Shown: positions 1 through 10,429 of the stretch, piece after piece
Position numbering within the stretch: the stretch's first letter is position 1
How the letters are laid out: each line of letters opens with the position of its first letter
IMG/VR virus record: IMGVR_UViG_3300009008_000003
Reading direction: 5' to 3' (one strand)
Origin: a virus
Length of the DNA: 64,000 nt
Made by a program: the position numbers and the translations under genes
Notes under the pieces: model-generated
Seen by the model: the letters and a program-made list of their open reading frames with translations, nothing else
The model's database searches: none
Told to the model about the DNA's origin: nothing

Positions 1-15
1 CGGGATTCGTACCAT

Positions 16-1578
16 ATGGCTCTTAATCCTCTTTTTTCCTCTGGCATTATTACGGTTAGTGACCCCGCCGCTGAGTTTATGGGCGGGGCTAGCCAAATTG
101 GGCAAGGAGTAAATACTGATTTTTACTTCCCGTCAAAAGGAACTAATACTCTTGTATTAGAAAACTTGCCAGAAGGTGGAGCTGGATTTTTACTAGACAA
201 CTTGATGCAGCGGAGCGATACAATGGGCTCCTGGAAAGCACAAATTGCTAGTAGTTTCAAAGTAAATGAGACAGGTAACATACAGTTTGAAGATTTAAGA
301 GATTCTGTTTACTCTTTAGTTTTTAACAGTTTAGAATATGTAAGATATAACAGATACAACATAAAAGTAGGCGAAGAAAGAAATATTGTTCGTCTAATGC
401 CAGCGGTTTCTCCTGCTTATGCTGTCATTACCAGCGTTAGTATAGGTTTAGAATCATATAATTATTTAGATGATAGCATACCTAGATTACTTACTTACTC
501 TGGAAACTCTACTAACATTTACATTAGTGGGTGCGATAGCGCAGATACATTACTAGCATTGGGTTCCGCAGGGGATGTTTGTAGATATTTGGACGATGCT
601 AAAGTAGTCTTCAATGATATATCTAGTATAGATGCTGGCAATTACATAGTAACGCTAGCTACTGAAACTACAGATTTCCCCGTAAATACATACGTTGATT
701 TTCTAAATGGCAGCGGAATCGGTGGAAGTCCTTATGTAACTTTAAACTGGAGACGAGATTTTACAAACCAGGTTCCACAACATTGGACTATTTTTTACAA
801 ATGGAGCGGAGTAGAGTGGCAATACATAAACCATGTTGAGGGCAGTAGACTTACCGCAACTGTGAATGAGTTGTCCTTTGAAACGGAATATGAATTTAGA
901 ATAAGAGGTGTTGGGGTTAACTACCAAGGGGGTAGATGGAGCAATGTTGTAACTGTAACAACGCCAGCACAAGAGGGGGTTGCAGCTGAAGTGGATACTT
1001 CTAGTATAGAGGCAGATGTAGTATGCTTGAAGAAAATGGAAGATCTTAAACGTCAATTTGATCTTGCAGACTGGGCTTCTTATGCTCTTCTTGAAAACTT
1101 CTGTAATAGTGGTTTAAGAAACTACGAGGTAGATGTAGCTAGTCCTCTCGCAATCGTAGACAACGCAGTTACGTTCACGGGGGTATCTAGTAGTGGTATA
1201 GAATATACCTATACTTCAACATTGACGGCTGTAGATGCTGGTGAAGAGATTGATCAATTCATGATACACTTAGAACCAGACGGCATGGATTTACTGGATA
1301 CTAGTCCATATGTTAATACTTCTGTTATTGCTACATTCTCTGGAGAATCCCCAGGTTACCACGAATGCTTAATGTTCTGGTCAAGTGGACTAGTAGCAGA
1401 TATATACGAAGTGGGGGAAATATCCGGACTTAGTAATAACTATACTCATTTTGGTTATAAAGTAATAATGGAAGCTCACGTAGATGGTAAAACGGCATTA
1501 GGTTCCATAGATCGTGTCGGTGTATATGTTAATCCCGCACCGACTGAGGGTGATGTGGAAACTCCAGTATTTGATTAA
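16..1578 (+). CDS. Putative virion structural protein with a fibronectin type III-like domain
   Basis: 520-aa ORF. The segment VTLNW...LSFETEYEFRIRGVGVNYQGGRWSNVVTVTT fits the FN3 pattern. First gene of a tightly packed + strand structural-looking operon. Confidence 0.55.
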   Translation: MALNPLFSSGIITVSDPAAEFMGGASQIGQGVNTDFYFPSKGTNTLVLENLPEGGAGFLLDNLMQRSDTMGSWKAQIASSFKVNETGNIQFEDLRDSVYSLVFNSLEYVRYNRYNIKVGEERNIVRLMPAVSPAYAVITSVSIGLESYNYLDDSIPRLLTYSGNSTNIYISGCDSADTLLALGSAGDVCRYLDDAKVVFNDISSIDAGNYIVTLATETTDFPVNTYVDFLNGSGIGGSPYVTLNWRRDFTNQVPQHWTIFYKWSGVEWQYINHVEGSRLTATVNELSFETEYEFRIRGVGVNYQGGRWSNVVTVTTPAQEGVAAEVDTSSIEADVVCLKKMEDLKRQFDLADWASYALLENFCNSGLRNYEVDVASPLAIVDNAVTFTGVSSSGIEYTYTSTLTAVDAGEEIDQFMIHLEPDGMDLLDTSPYVNTSVIATFSGESPGYHECLMFWSSGLVADIYEVGEISGLSNNYTHFGYKVIMEAHVDGKTALGSIDRVGVYVNPAPTEGDVETPVFD

Positions 1579-1589
1579 AGGTGTAAATT

Positions 1590-1943
1590 ATGGGTTATTA
1601 TACTAAAGGTTATTTAAGTGAAAGTACGCTTGGGCAACCTATATTTCCAAGTGATGCAACAGAGACAGATGTGCACATACCTTCTATGGATGGCGATAGT
1701 GATATATTAGATGAGTTATGGCTTTATGCTGGTAATAGCGGAACAATAGATTCTACAGTTACTGTATTCTTTAGTGGCCAGTCCTCGTTCAATGTAGGTA
1801 TACCTGCTAGCAATGGACTTGTGTTAGTACTACCAGGCTTACCAGTTGGTCTAGGAACCGACGTTAGTGTTATAGCCTCTGGCACAGAATTGGGAACTAC
1901 TTTTTTTACAGGATATGTTAATAACATAGATCAAACACTATGA
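1590..1943 (+). CDS. Hypothetical virion protein (beta-rich)
   Basis: 117-aa ORF, co-oriented and overlapping the next start; acidic, beta-strand-rich composition. Confidence 0.6.
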   Translation: MGYYTKGYLSESTLGQPIFPSDATETDVHIPSMDGDSDILDELWLYAGNSGTIDSTVTVFFSGQSSFNVGIPASNGLVLVLPGLPVGLGTDVSVIASGTELGTTFFTGYVNNIDQTL

Positions 1944-2554
1944 GCGACCTGCAAATAGAAATAGCGGCTGAGATTCCGCAACACGTGGTACATATGTTTC
2001 AGGAAAAGTTTGATCCTGGAACAGCGGCTGTTGCTGCATCCGGTATTGGCCCCATGCATATAGGTACTTTTTTTAAACTAGACTATGTCGAGGGCAGCGA
2101 GGAATTAGAATGGAGTACTTCCGATTATTTTGACGATAAAATATCTATAAATAGAGTTGTGATATCAGGGGGGCAAGAAGGAGAAACTACAAATATAGCA
2201 AAGCCTATTAGTGATACCGATCAATGTCTTATATACTATTCTCCGCAGGTATATACTGGTGGAAATTATAGGGACTTTAATTTTGCCTTTTGGGTTACAT
2301 GTAGTGGAACCGGTGGCGATAAACAGTTGTCTTCTGCTGATAGAGGCACTGCACAGCAAATGGATTATATAATCTTCAGTGTACATTTTAGCGGTGTTGA
2401 TTTCGCATGGAATGGGGTAGCAGATGAAACACCGGGTAGTCTTATAGAGGTAAATTCATATACTAGTATTGAAGATAGTAATAGAAATGAAGTAGAAGGA
2501 GACCCAATATATGCTATTACTTTTCCAGGCACCGCAACAGGAACTGTGTTATAA
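1940..2554 (+). CDS. Hypothetical virion protein
   Basis: 204-aa ORF, translationally coupled at both ends. Confidence 0.6.
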   Translation: MSDLQIEIAAEIPQHVVHMFQEKFDPGTAAVAASGIGPMHIGTFFKLDYVEGSEELEWSTSDYFDDKISINRVVISGGQEGETTNIAKPISDTDQCLIYYSPQVYTGGNYRDFNFAFWVTCSGTGGDKQLSSADRGTAQQMDYIIFSVHFSGVDFAWNGVADETPGSLIEVNSYTSIEDSNRNEVEGDPIYAITFPGTATGTVL

Positions 2555-3096
2555 TGGCTGATTTTGTGTACATATATAAATTTCAAGTAGTTCAAGACCA
2601 GTTAAATCTTATAACTAGTTACAATGCCTCTGGAGCCTTTACTTTTTATGCAAGATTGGATCATACTAGCACTATTCGTCCTACGGTTACACACCTAGCG
2701 GACGGTATAGATGTTTATTTTAGATTTTATGACGAAAGCCTTGCAAACGAGCTTGAGATAAACGCAGGCGGAGTAACCTCCAGTCTATTTAACTTTGATA
2801 ACCCTTATGCTAAAGCATGTTCGTATATGGAAGTTTCGCAAGATTTTGATTTCCAAGAACATATAGCCAAAGAAGCGTATGGAGAAGATATACAAAATTG
2901 GATAAGTGGTTTATCCCCCTATGATAAATCTGGAACTAAATTTGTAAATATTGTGCTTAGTGGAACACTGTTCGATGATGAGTCAGAAATGTGGGAAACC
3001 GATGATTCTTATGCATCGTTTAGTGTATATGAAGATATAGATGCAAAAGAAACTGGTGGGTTTTTAGTGGTATATTCAGGAGTAGTACAAGAATGA
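2554..3096 (+). CDS. Hypothetical virion protein
   Basis: 180-aa ORF with TAATG / ATGA overlaps to its neighbours. Confidence 0.6.
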   Translation: MADFVYIYKFQVVQDQLNLITSYNASGAFTFYARLDHTSTIRPTVTHLADGIDVYFRFYDESLANELEINAGGVTSSLFNFDNPYAKACSYMEVSQDFDFQEHIAKEAYGEDIQNWISGLSPYDKSGTKFVNIVLSGTLFDDESEMWETDDSYASFSVYEDIDAKETGGFLVVYSGVVQE

Positions 3097-3926
3097 GACG
3101 AACAAGAACCCCGGGGTTAATAGATTCTAACGCACAAGATTACCAAAATAAATATTCATTGTATTTTGATGGTTCTGGCGATAGGGTGTCTACAGGAGAC
3201 TGGCATTTAGATCAACCTTTTTCTTTTGCAGTGTGGGCAAAAGCTGACGTTGAACCTCTAAGTACTAGCAGATCCCCAATATCAAAATATAGTACAACCG
3301 ACAACCAACGATGCTGGATGTTATATGCAAGCACTCACGACCCGTCTTTATTTTATTTTTATACCAGCAGTGACGGTGTTTGGAACAGTGAGTATGGTTA
3401 TTCATATTACGCAGACACAGTACACTATTCTAAATATTCATGGGATGTTCCAGGAGATGAGTGGTCACTTTGGAGTATGTCTTTTCATGCAAGTGGTATA
3501 ACTATAGGTAGTACACACCATGCAATAGATCTATTTAGAAACGGAAGACTAGAAATGCGGCAAAGTTGGAATGCTGCTTGGGGAGCACACGTGGTGCTTA
3601 ATCCTAACAGTGCAGCTGAGGTGTGCATAGGAGGCTCCTCTAATGGAAATTATGCATGGTTGGGTCATATAGCCGAGGCCGCTATATGGAGTGGTATAGC
3701 ACTTGAGCCCGAAGACCACTCTAGTATATGGGCAGCAAGGGGACAGGCAAACCTTTTACAATCTTTTGGGGACTATGATAAACAAGACTATTTGGAAGCC
3801 TGGTGGAAGATGGGTGACGGGCCAGAAGCTGCTACCGGAACTACTATCTACGACTGTTCTGGAAAGAATCACCACGGCACAATGGTGGGACCAGACGCAA
3901 CAGATTATACACTGGATCATCCATAA
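3093..3926 (+). CDS. LamG/concanavalin A-like domain protein (tail or capsid accessory)
   Basis: YSLYFDGSGDRV...FSFAVWAK...WLGHIAEAAIWS...LEAWWKMGDG...IYDCSGKNHHGT matches phage LamG-3 domains. Confidence 0.75.
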   Translation: MRRTRTPGLIDSNAQDYQNKYSLYFDGSGDRVSTGDWHLDQPFSFAVWAKADVEPLSTSRSPISKYSTTDNQRCWMLYASTHDPSLFYFYTSSDGVWNSEYGYSYYADTVHYSKYSWDVPGDEWSLWSMSFHASGITIGSTHHAIDLFRNGRLEMRQSWNAAWGAHVVLNPNSAAEVCIGGSSNGNYAWLGHIAEAAIWSGIALEPEDHSSIWAARGQANLLQSFGDYDKQDYLEAWWKMGDGPEAATGTTIYDCSGKNHHGTMVGPDATDYTLDHP

Positions 3927-4309
3927 TGCCTATTGCCGCAGCTGATAGACAGCGACCTGTTTATATTTATGTTATAATACCATTTGCGGAACTAACACGC
4001 GAAATGGTAACTTATTGTAGAATGGATATGGGTAACGTACGACGTACAGTATCTGGTCCTGATCTGGTTCTATTAAAATATGTTATACCACATAATATGT
4101 TTAGGCCTTATACTAAGTATACACATAGAGAAATATTAGAAATTTTAGATGCCCCAGAATGGGCCGGTACCGATACGCCGGAAGATATTATGGACCCAGA
4201 AACCGTTTGGGAATTACTGCAACGTTATAATATTACAGATTATAACACATTATCTGGGGTCATAGACCAAAACTTTGATTTGCCCATTGCCACGTTGGGG
4301 AGACCCTAA
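3926..4309 (+). CDS. Hypothetical protein (phage tail-associated)
   Basis: 127-aa ORF coupled to both neighbours. Confidence 0.55.
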   Translation: MPIAAADRQRPVYIYVIIPFAELTREMVTYCRMDMGNVRRTVSGPDLVLLKYVIPHNMFRPYTKYTHREILEILDAPEWAGTDTPEDIMDPETVWELLQRYNITDYNTLSGVIDQNFDLPIATLGRP

Positions 4310-5955
4310 TGGCTTACATAGAAAAGAAAAGTACAGGCTATTACAAAAAGATTCTTGGAACAGGGGAAAGCGGTCCTGCGGGGGAACAAGGTCCAACTGG
4401 GCCAGAAGGAAGTACTGGTATTACAGGTCCTACAGGATCGTCCGGGGCAACTGGATCTGCCGGGAATACTGGAATAACTGGACCTACTGGAAATACAGGT
4501 GAATCTGGATATACAGGACCACAAGGACAGATAGGACAAACAGGACCTACTGGATCAACAGGACCTTTCGGGCAAATAGGTAAAACTGGACCTACTGGTA
4601 TAACAGGAACAGTTGGACCTACTGGAGATGCCGGTACATCTGGATATACTGGACCACAAGGACAAATAGGGGAAACAGGACCTACGGGAATAACTGGAGC
4701 TGCAGGTATAACGGGACCTACCGGAGATGCCGGAAATACCGGAGATGCCGGAAATACCGGAGCAACAGGCGCAACCGGAAATACAGGCGCTAATGGTGCT
4801 ACTGGTATAACGGGACCTACTGGAGATGCCGGTACATCTGGATATACTGGACCACAAGGACAAATAGGGGAAACAGGACCTACTGGATCAACGGGTCCAT
4901 TCGGGCAAATAGGTGAAACAGGACCTACTGGTATAACAGGATCAGAAGGTACCGCCGGAATAACTGGTTCTGACGGTGTCGATGCTGCGTTGAGTTCCTG
5001 TGTTCTAGATTTAACTTTTGAGAATTTAAGTAATTATGGCGAAGACTCGTCTTTAATGGCAAACGACCTCACGTTAAGCGGAATAGACCCAGAAAGTGTA
5101 TATACTATATACGGATCTGGCAGTGCCTTGTTTGACGACACTGACGATAATTGGCTATATGGAACCTTTGCCACCATGAAAAATGCTACTAGGGATTCAT
5201 TGTTAGACCCAATAACTTTAGAAGCCACGATATATAACCCGAACGTAGTAAAAATAACTTCACCTATTATATCATGCAGTCAGTACGAACTTCTTTATTC
5301 TGGGGCAGCTTCTGGAGAATGTATAATTATTTTTAACCTGATAAAAGAAGGCGGAACAGATAACTTCGTAGAAGCTGAAGTTCCCTCTGGCCTTATCATG
5401 ACAGGGGCAAGCGGCATACAGATGCATATTGTTGCATCTCATAGTATTTATAACAGCGATGGGGGTTATAAATCAGGGGTATGGATCAACGGAGAGCTCA
5501 TAACAAGTGAAACTAATACCATTGGAATAGCACCCGCTACTGCTGGAGGCGGTCTTTACGTAGCTTGCGATATAAACGATAGGCGCAATGATAACTTAGT
5601 TTTAGACAATGTAAGAATATATAAATCCAACTGTAGTGATTTACAAGCATTTAATTTATATCAAAATAGTTCGCATTATTTACCTACAAAATTACCTATT
5701 CTTGCATCTGGTGTGGATATAACTACCACTTTAGCGCAGGATGGGCAGGCATTGTTTTGTACGGAGACTGTATTCAATAATTTATATTTGTACATATACG
5801 ATGGTAATCGAAATAAGTGGTATAGACACGGAACAGGACTTAAACCTGGTAATCCGCCGGGGTGGACAGGAAGTCATGTGGAAGGAAAGGGAGCAGACCC
5901 ACCAAGTTATTATGAACAGGTAACTGACGTGCTAATGACACAGATATTTAGCTAA
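4309..5955 (+). CDS. Collagen-like fibre protein with C-terminal LamG-like domain
   Basis: About 200 aa of uninterrupted G-X-Y (GPT/GIT/GQI/GET) triplets, then a lectin-like region ending ...LDNVRIY. Confidence 0.8.
   Translation: MAYIEKKSTGYYKKILGTGESGPAGEQGPTGPEGSTGITGPTGSSGATGSAGNTGITGPTGNTGESGYTGPQGQIGQTGPTGSTGPFGQIGKTGPTGITGTVGPTGDAGTSGYTGPQGQIGETGPTGITGAAGITGPTGDAGNTGDAGNTGATGATGNTGANGATGITGPTGDAGTSGYTGPQGQIGETGPTGSTGPFGQIGETGPTGITGSEGTAGITGSDGVDAALSSCVLDLTFENLSNYGEDSSLMANDLTLSGIDPESVYTIYGSGSALFDDTDDNWLYGTFATMKNATRDSLLDPITLEATIYNPNVVKITSPIISCSQYELLYSGAASGECIIIFNLIKEGGTDNFVEAEVPSGLIMTGASGIQMHIVASHSIYNSDGGYKSGVWINGELITSETNTIGIAPATAGGGLYVACDINDRRNDNLVLDNVRIYKSNCSDLQAFNLYQNSSHYLPTKLPILASGVDITTTLAQDGQALFCTETVFNNLYLYIYDGNRNKWYRHGTGLKPGNPPGWTGSHVEGKGADPPSYYEQVTDVLMTQIFS
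4360..4980 (+). repeat. Collagen-coding direct repeats
   Basis: Near-identical DNA blocks, e.g. ggacctactggagatgccggtacatctggatatactggaccacaaggacaaataggggaaacaggacctac at about 4615-4685 and 4813-4883. Confidence 0.85.
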
Positions 5956-6015
5956 TTTTACGCCATAGTCGTAAAAATTTGACAGATTTTAATAGTAGGT
6001 TTATATTTAATTAGA

Positions 6016-6528
6016 ATGAAAAATTTAATAAAAACACTAGCTTGGCATGAAACTAAAAAATGGGCAAAACGTCCTGTTTCTGCTATTGATAAAATAGTAG
6101 TTCACCAGACTGCCGGAGCTGGAACAATAGAACAGATAAATGATTACCACGTAGGAACTACGAATAATCATATATCGCCAACTGGGTGCCCGCATATATG
6201 TTATCACTTTGTATTGGATAAGGATGGCAAAATTTGCCAAACAAATAGAATATCTGATTTAGTATGGCATGCTAAGGGCAGCAATTATCATAGTATAGGT
6301 ATCATGGTGTTGGGCGATTTTAAAGGTCCAGACACGCATCTTGGCAATGATTATGTTACTGAAGAACAGTTAAAGGGCTTAGGTGTTTTACTGACTATAC
6401 TTTGTGAAAAGTATGATATAGATAAAAATAATATAAAAGGGCATAACGAGGTTTCTGAAAATAAGCCTGACTGTCCTGGAATTGACATACAAGAATACAT
6501 AAATACTCATTGGAGAAATGATGAATAA
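6016..6528 (+). CDS. N-acetylmuramoyl-L-alanine amidase (Amidase_2, T7-lysozyme-like endolysin)
   Basis: Zn-amidase motifs IVVHQT, YHFVLDKDG, WHAKGSNYHSIGI, GHNE...DCPG. Confidence 0.9.
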   Translation: MKNLIKTLAWHETKKWAKRPVSAIDKIVVHQTAGAGTIEQINDYHVGTTNNHISPTGCPHICYHFVLDKDGKICQTNRISDLVWHAKGSNYHSIGIMVLGDFKGPDTHLGNDYVTEEQLKGLGVLLTILCEKYDIDKNNIKGHNEVSENKPDCPGIDIQEYINTHWRNDE

Positions 6529-7633
6529 GTTTTTGCATACCCTTTATGATATCACAGATGAAGCAACATCTGGCAATATCCAAAAGTTGGCAGAATTTAT
6601 AGATGGTGTAAGTGTTTCATCGTCAGCGAGGAATGCAAAAATACCATCTATCGAGGAAATGGACGAGTTACCGGCTGATAATTGCGCGCTTACACTATTT
6701 GTTTCAGGCACGGGTGAAATTAAAAAGTTTGCACATCATAGGCCAGAGCTAGCAGAGTTAAATATAGCCATGCTACTAAAAAATCATGCTCAGCTTCCTG
6801 ATGAAATCTGTAAAATAGCTTCGTATAATTTATCTAGAGCTGCCGCAAGGTTTGAATTAGATTTTCCGGAAGAACTAGTTGAAATCACACCGGTAAACGC
6901 TCCTACATCTTTATTGAATGTGGATGATATTAATGAGTTGGATTACATGCGTAAGCTAGCACGATATCGCGATAGTTTAGAATCTAAAAAAGACACTGGA
7001 TCCTATGCTCTCCCGGGCAAGAAAAAAAGATATCCTCTTCATGACGAAAGTTACATCAAAACAGCCTGTGCTTATTTTGAGAAATATCAACACGAATTTA
7101 AAGCTATAGATAAACTTGCATTCTGTAAAAATACACAAGCGGCCGGCGATAGAGAAGATGTTCAAATAGAAGGCAGCCTGACTAAATTTGCAGAGCTCGA
7201 TGAAACCAGGCTCAATCCTAATTTTGTGCTACATATTAAAAATAGGCAAAAATTATTAGCTGGTAACGAAGATGCAGTGCAGGTCTATGACGAACTATTA
7301 GAAAAATCTGCCGAATTTACTCCAGAAAAAACAGCGGAAGCTTTGGAAGCCGTAGATAAAAAATTCAAAGTACACAAACACTGGGGCGACAGAATTGAGG
7401 AACCCTTACTATCAACGCTGTCTCCGTTTGTAAAGGAAGCTAGTATATATCACGATGGTGTAAAAATAAGTTCTAGCTCTTTTAGTTCTTTACGTGGAAG
7501 AGATTTGAATGGTATAGTTGATACCTATACTTTAGACGAGTTAACTTCCGGAACACCAGAATCTCTGGATGTTTTTCAATCTCTACCCATGCCAATAAAA
7601 GACGCTTTGGTGGAGAAACTTTCAGATGAATAA
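6518..7633 (+). CDS. KxA-motif-rich protein, putative head/scaffold-associated
   Basis: 371 aa with 11 K-x-A tripeptides (KLA, KFA, KIA, KTA, KSA, KEA, KDA); lies upstream of the portal-like gene. Function inferred. Confidence 0.5.
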   Translation: MMNKFLHTLYDITDEATSGNIQKLAEFIDGVSVSSSARNAKIPSIEEMDELPADNCALTLFVSGTGEIKKFAHHRPELAELNIAMLLKNHAQLPDEICKIASYNLSRAAARFELDFPEELVEITPVNAPTSLLNVDDINELDYMRKLARYRDSLESKKDTGSYALPGKKKRYPLHDESYIKTACAYFEKYQHEFKAIDKLAFCKNTQAAGDREDVQIEGSLTKFAELDETRLNPNFVLHIKNRQKLLAGNEDAVQVYDELLEKSAEFTPEKTAEALEAVDKKFKVHKHWGDRIEEPLLSTLSPFVKEASIYHDGVKISSSSFSSLRGRDLNGIVDTYTLDELTSGTPESLDVFQSLPMPIKDALVEKLSDE

Positions 7634-7949
7634 AAATAAAAAATACGTAGAAAATAGCAGGCCTCTTAGAGATTTAGGTATAGGAGCAACTGCTGGTGCT
7701 ATTCAGGCTGGTGTTACCTTACCGTTTGATAAGTACGAGCAGCTTGTTACACGCGAAATTGCAAAAGGTAATAAAGTAAACTCACGAAAACTTCTAGGAG
7801 AAGCCTTCAAAGAAACTTTTGGCAAGCAATTTAAGCAAGAATATCTTAAAAAATATCCAGCACGCGCTGCAAAAAGTGCTTTGGGTATGGGGACTGCTTG
7901 GATGGTGGCAAGCCAAATAGCGAAAAAATTAGATGCTAAAGACAGATAA
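7626..7949 (+). CDS. Small basic protein with two Gly/Ala-rich hydrophobic segments
   Basis: 107-aa ORF coupled to neighbours. Confidence 0.5.
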   Translation: MNKNKKYVENSRPLRDLGIGATAGAIQAGVTLPFDKYEQLVTREIAKGNKVNSRKLLGEAFKETFGKQFKQEYLKKYPARAAKSALGMGTAWMVASQIAKKLDAKDR

Positions 7950-8394
7950 TTACGAACCAGAGACAATCGATCATCTGTTCCCTGAACTGGACCAAACAGA
8001 CAAAGAAAAACTTAATGCTCTTAAAGTTATTAAGAACGTTGACTCTTTCTTTGACGACATGCATATTTTTGAAAAATGCGTGCTAGCCGTAAATGATATA
8101 ATTCCAGATTTTGGGTTTGTGGAAGGATGCCAACCTGAACATATTTGGTATACAGTATCTTTGGCATCAAAGTTACGACCTAAAAAAAGCTATTCCTGGG
8201 AAGTGCAAAAGTACTGTCAATATTTATTTAATGAAAACGGTGTTTATATTTATCCGCCACAATTTACTAAGCTAGATAATAATGTATTTAATACTATAAT
8301 TGCCAAACTGCGCACCGTAATGTCAGGCCATCTAAATATACAGCGTGACAAATACTTAGCTATTCAGTTATATATAGAACGAAAGAATCAATAA
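7933..8394 (+). CDS. Hypothetical protein
   Basis: 153-aa ORF; TAATG coupling to the portal-like gene. Confidence 0.6.
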   Translation: MLKTDNYEPETIDHLFPELDQTDKEKLNALKVIKNVDSFFDDMHIFEKCVLAVNDIIPDFGFVEGCQPEHIWYTVSLASKLRPKKSYSWEVQKYCQYLFNENGVYIYPPQFTKLDNNVFNTIIAKLRTVMSGHLNIQRDKYLAIQLYIERKNQ

Positions 8395-10268
8395 TGCCTA
8401 CAGTTTCTCAATTAACAGGAACGTCTGGTAGTGTAACTACTACACAAAGACAAAAATATCCTAACCCGTTTTTTGATCTGTCGAAGGATTATATTCCGTC
8501 TACAATTAAAAAACTGTTTAAGTACTGTAGAAGCTTTTTTTATAAGAACGAGTTTATAAATTCGGTTATCTATAAACTTGCTGAATATCCTATTACTGAT
8601 TTTATCTACGAAAAGATAGAAAAGCAAGAAACCAAAGATCGTTATCGTGAGTTATTTGGGCATCATTTAAAATTAAAATCCTTGCTCATTGAAATTGGTC
8701 TTGATTACATGACCTTCGGTAACTGTTTTGTTTCTGCTAATATGGATTTTAAGAGATATCTTGGGTGTCACGGATGTGGAGAATGGTTTCCATTTAGAGA
8801 AGTAAAAAAAATAAAATTAAAACAATGGAAATTCCACGGAACATGCCACAAGTGCAATAAAGAGGGATATTTTAAAGTAGATGATAAGGTAGATAAACAC
8901 CCTAATAATCTTAATTTTATTAGATGGGCTCCTGAAAATATAGATGTACTATATGATCCGTTTACAGGAAAATCTAGATACTTTTATAATATAACTAAAA
9001 GAACCCAAGGCTTAATTCAAAAAAATGAGCGATATACACTTGAGCATACCCCAATGCTGTTCATGAAAGCTCTAAAAGATAAAAAGAAAATTGAGCTAAA
9101 TAAAGATAATCTATACCACTTTAAACGCCACACCCTGGCAGAAGAAGATATGGGTTGGGGTAAACCCATGTTATTGCCAGCGCTATCTTTAATTTGGTAC
9201 ATGCAAACACTTCGTAGAGGAAACGAAGCCATTGCAGTAGAACACATTATTCCTATGCGAGCAATTTACCCAGCGGCGCAAGGAACAATGGATCCATATT
9301 CAGGAATGAATTTAGGAAAGTGGCGCAATAAAATTGAAGCTCAAATACTTAATTGGAGAAAAGACCCAAACCATGTTGGTATCTTCCCTATACCTATAGG
9401 CTATCAATCGCTTGGTGGGGACGCTAGAGCTCTTATGGTGACTCCTGAGCTTAAGTTCCTAGAAGAGAATATTATATCTTCACTAGGCGTACCTGTTGAA
9501 TTTGTTAAAGGTGGGGCTAGCTGGACTGGATCATCGATTTCATTAAGGATCGTAGAGAATCATTTCTTATCGTATAGAGAGCAACTTTTAGATTTTATAA
9601 ACTATTTTGTAGTGCCAACTGTTAAAAAGTTTCTTGATTATCCAGATGTTGCTATTAAATTCAAACGCTTCAGAATGTCTGACGACAGCGAAAGCAAGCG
9701 TATTATGTTAGAACTTGCGCAACTGAACAAGATTAGCGATAGTAAATTACTAGATGAATTTGGATATGATGTTACAGAAGATCTAGCTCAGCGTGAATTA
9801 GAAATTGTACATAAAAAAGATCTAATGGGTAAAACTACTGAAGCCGAAGCAGAAGTACAACAAAGTGTACAGATATTAACAGCACGTTCTCAGGCTAGAG
9901 CGGAGTGGGCATTTAATGACGAGAAACTTAAAATAGATGAAGAAATGTTCCAGGAAGAGCTAACTAAAGAAGGTTTACCAGAAGAAGCTGAGCCTTCAAA
10001 GCAAATTCATATGTTAGCTCTCAAAATTTTCTCCTTACCAGAAGCGCAACAAATTAAAGTATTGCAAGAGCTGTTAACGCAGAAGCCAATAACCTTTAGT
10101 TTAGTGCGTAAAAGAATGGGTGCTATACAAGAGTTCATGATGGCTTCTATGCCACAAACTGTGGCAGCTGAGCAAGAAGCCGCCGCGCAAGATGTTAAAC
10201 GTGAACAGATACAGGCTAAAAAAGTTAAACCGGAAAAACATACAGGCCAAAAAAGAGGTACTCCGTAA
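8394..10268 (+). CDS. Portal-like protein with a Zn-ribbon insertion
   Basis: 624 aa. YHFKRHTLAEEDMGWGKPMLLPAL and SSLGVPVEFVKGG resemble portal stem motifs; helical C-terminus; CHGC...CHKC insert. Confidence 0.6.
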   Translation: MPTVSQLTGTSGSVTTTQRQKYPNPFFDLSKDYIPSTIKKLFKYCRSFFYKNEFINSVIYKLAEYPITDFIYEKIEKQETKDRYRELFGHHLKLKSLLIEIGLDYMTFGNCFVSANMDFKRYLGCHGCGEWFPFREVKKIKLKQWKFHGTCHKCNKEGYFKVDDKVDKHPNNLNFIRWAPENIDVLYDPFTGKSRYFYNITKRTQGLIQKNERYTLEHTPMLFMKALKDKKKIELNKDNLYHFKRHTLAEEDMGWGKPMLLPALSLIWYMQTLRRGNEAIAVEHIIPMRAIYPAAQGTMDPYSGMNLGKWRNKIEAQILNWRKDPNHVGIFPIPIGYQSLGGDARALMVTPELKFLEENIISSLGVPVEFVKGGASWTGSSISLRIVENHFLSYREQLLDFINYFVVPTVKKFLDYPDVAIKFKRFRMSDDSESKRIMLELAQLNKISDSKLLDEFGYDVTEDLAQRELEIVHKKDLMGKTTEAEAEVQQSVQILTARSQARAEWAFNDEKLKIDEEMFQEELTKEGLPEEAEPSKQIHMLALKIFSLPEAQQIKVLQELLTQKPITFSLVRKRMGAIQEFMMASMPQTVAAEQEAAAQDVKREQIQAKKVKPEKHTGQKRGTP

Positions 10269-10429
10269 TGGAAAAGTATGGTACTTATAGAGTCTTTAGG
10301 CATAAAGAAACTGGGGAAATTAAAAGATACCCAGAAGCAGAAATGCGAGAAAGGGGTATAGAAAAAACAGCCGAGCTTTCTGAAGGTTGGGAAGAGTTAG
10401 AAGAGGAACCAGAAGATGTACAGAAATAA
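10268..10429 (+). CDS. Small acidic protein with EKTAE motif (not in the ORF track)
   Basis: Manually translated 53 aa, MEKYGTYRVFRHKETGEIKRYPEAEMRERGIEKTAELSEGWEELEEEPEDVQK*; its ATG overlaps the portal TAA. Confidence 0.6.
   Translation: MEKYGTYRVFRHKETGEIKRYPEAEMRERGIEKTAELSEGWEELEEEPEDVQK

Noticed and set aside
4360-4980. Near-identical long repeats as DGR template/variable repeats
   Set aside because: They are in-frame collagen G-X-Y duplications without adenine-specific differences.
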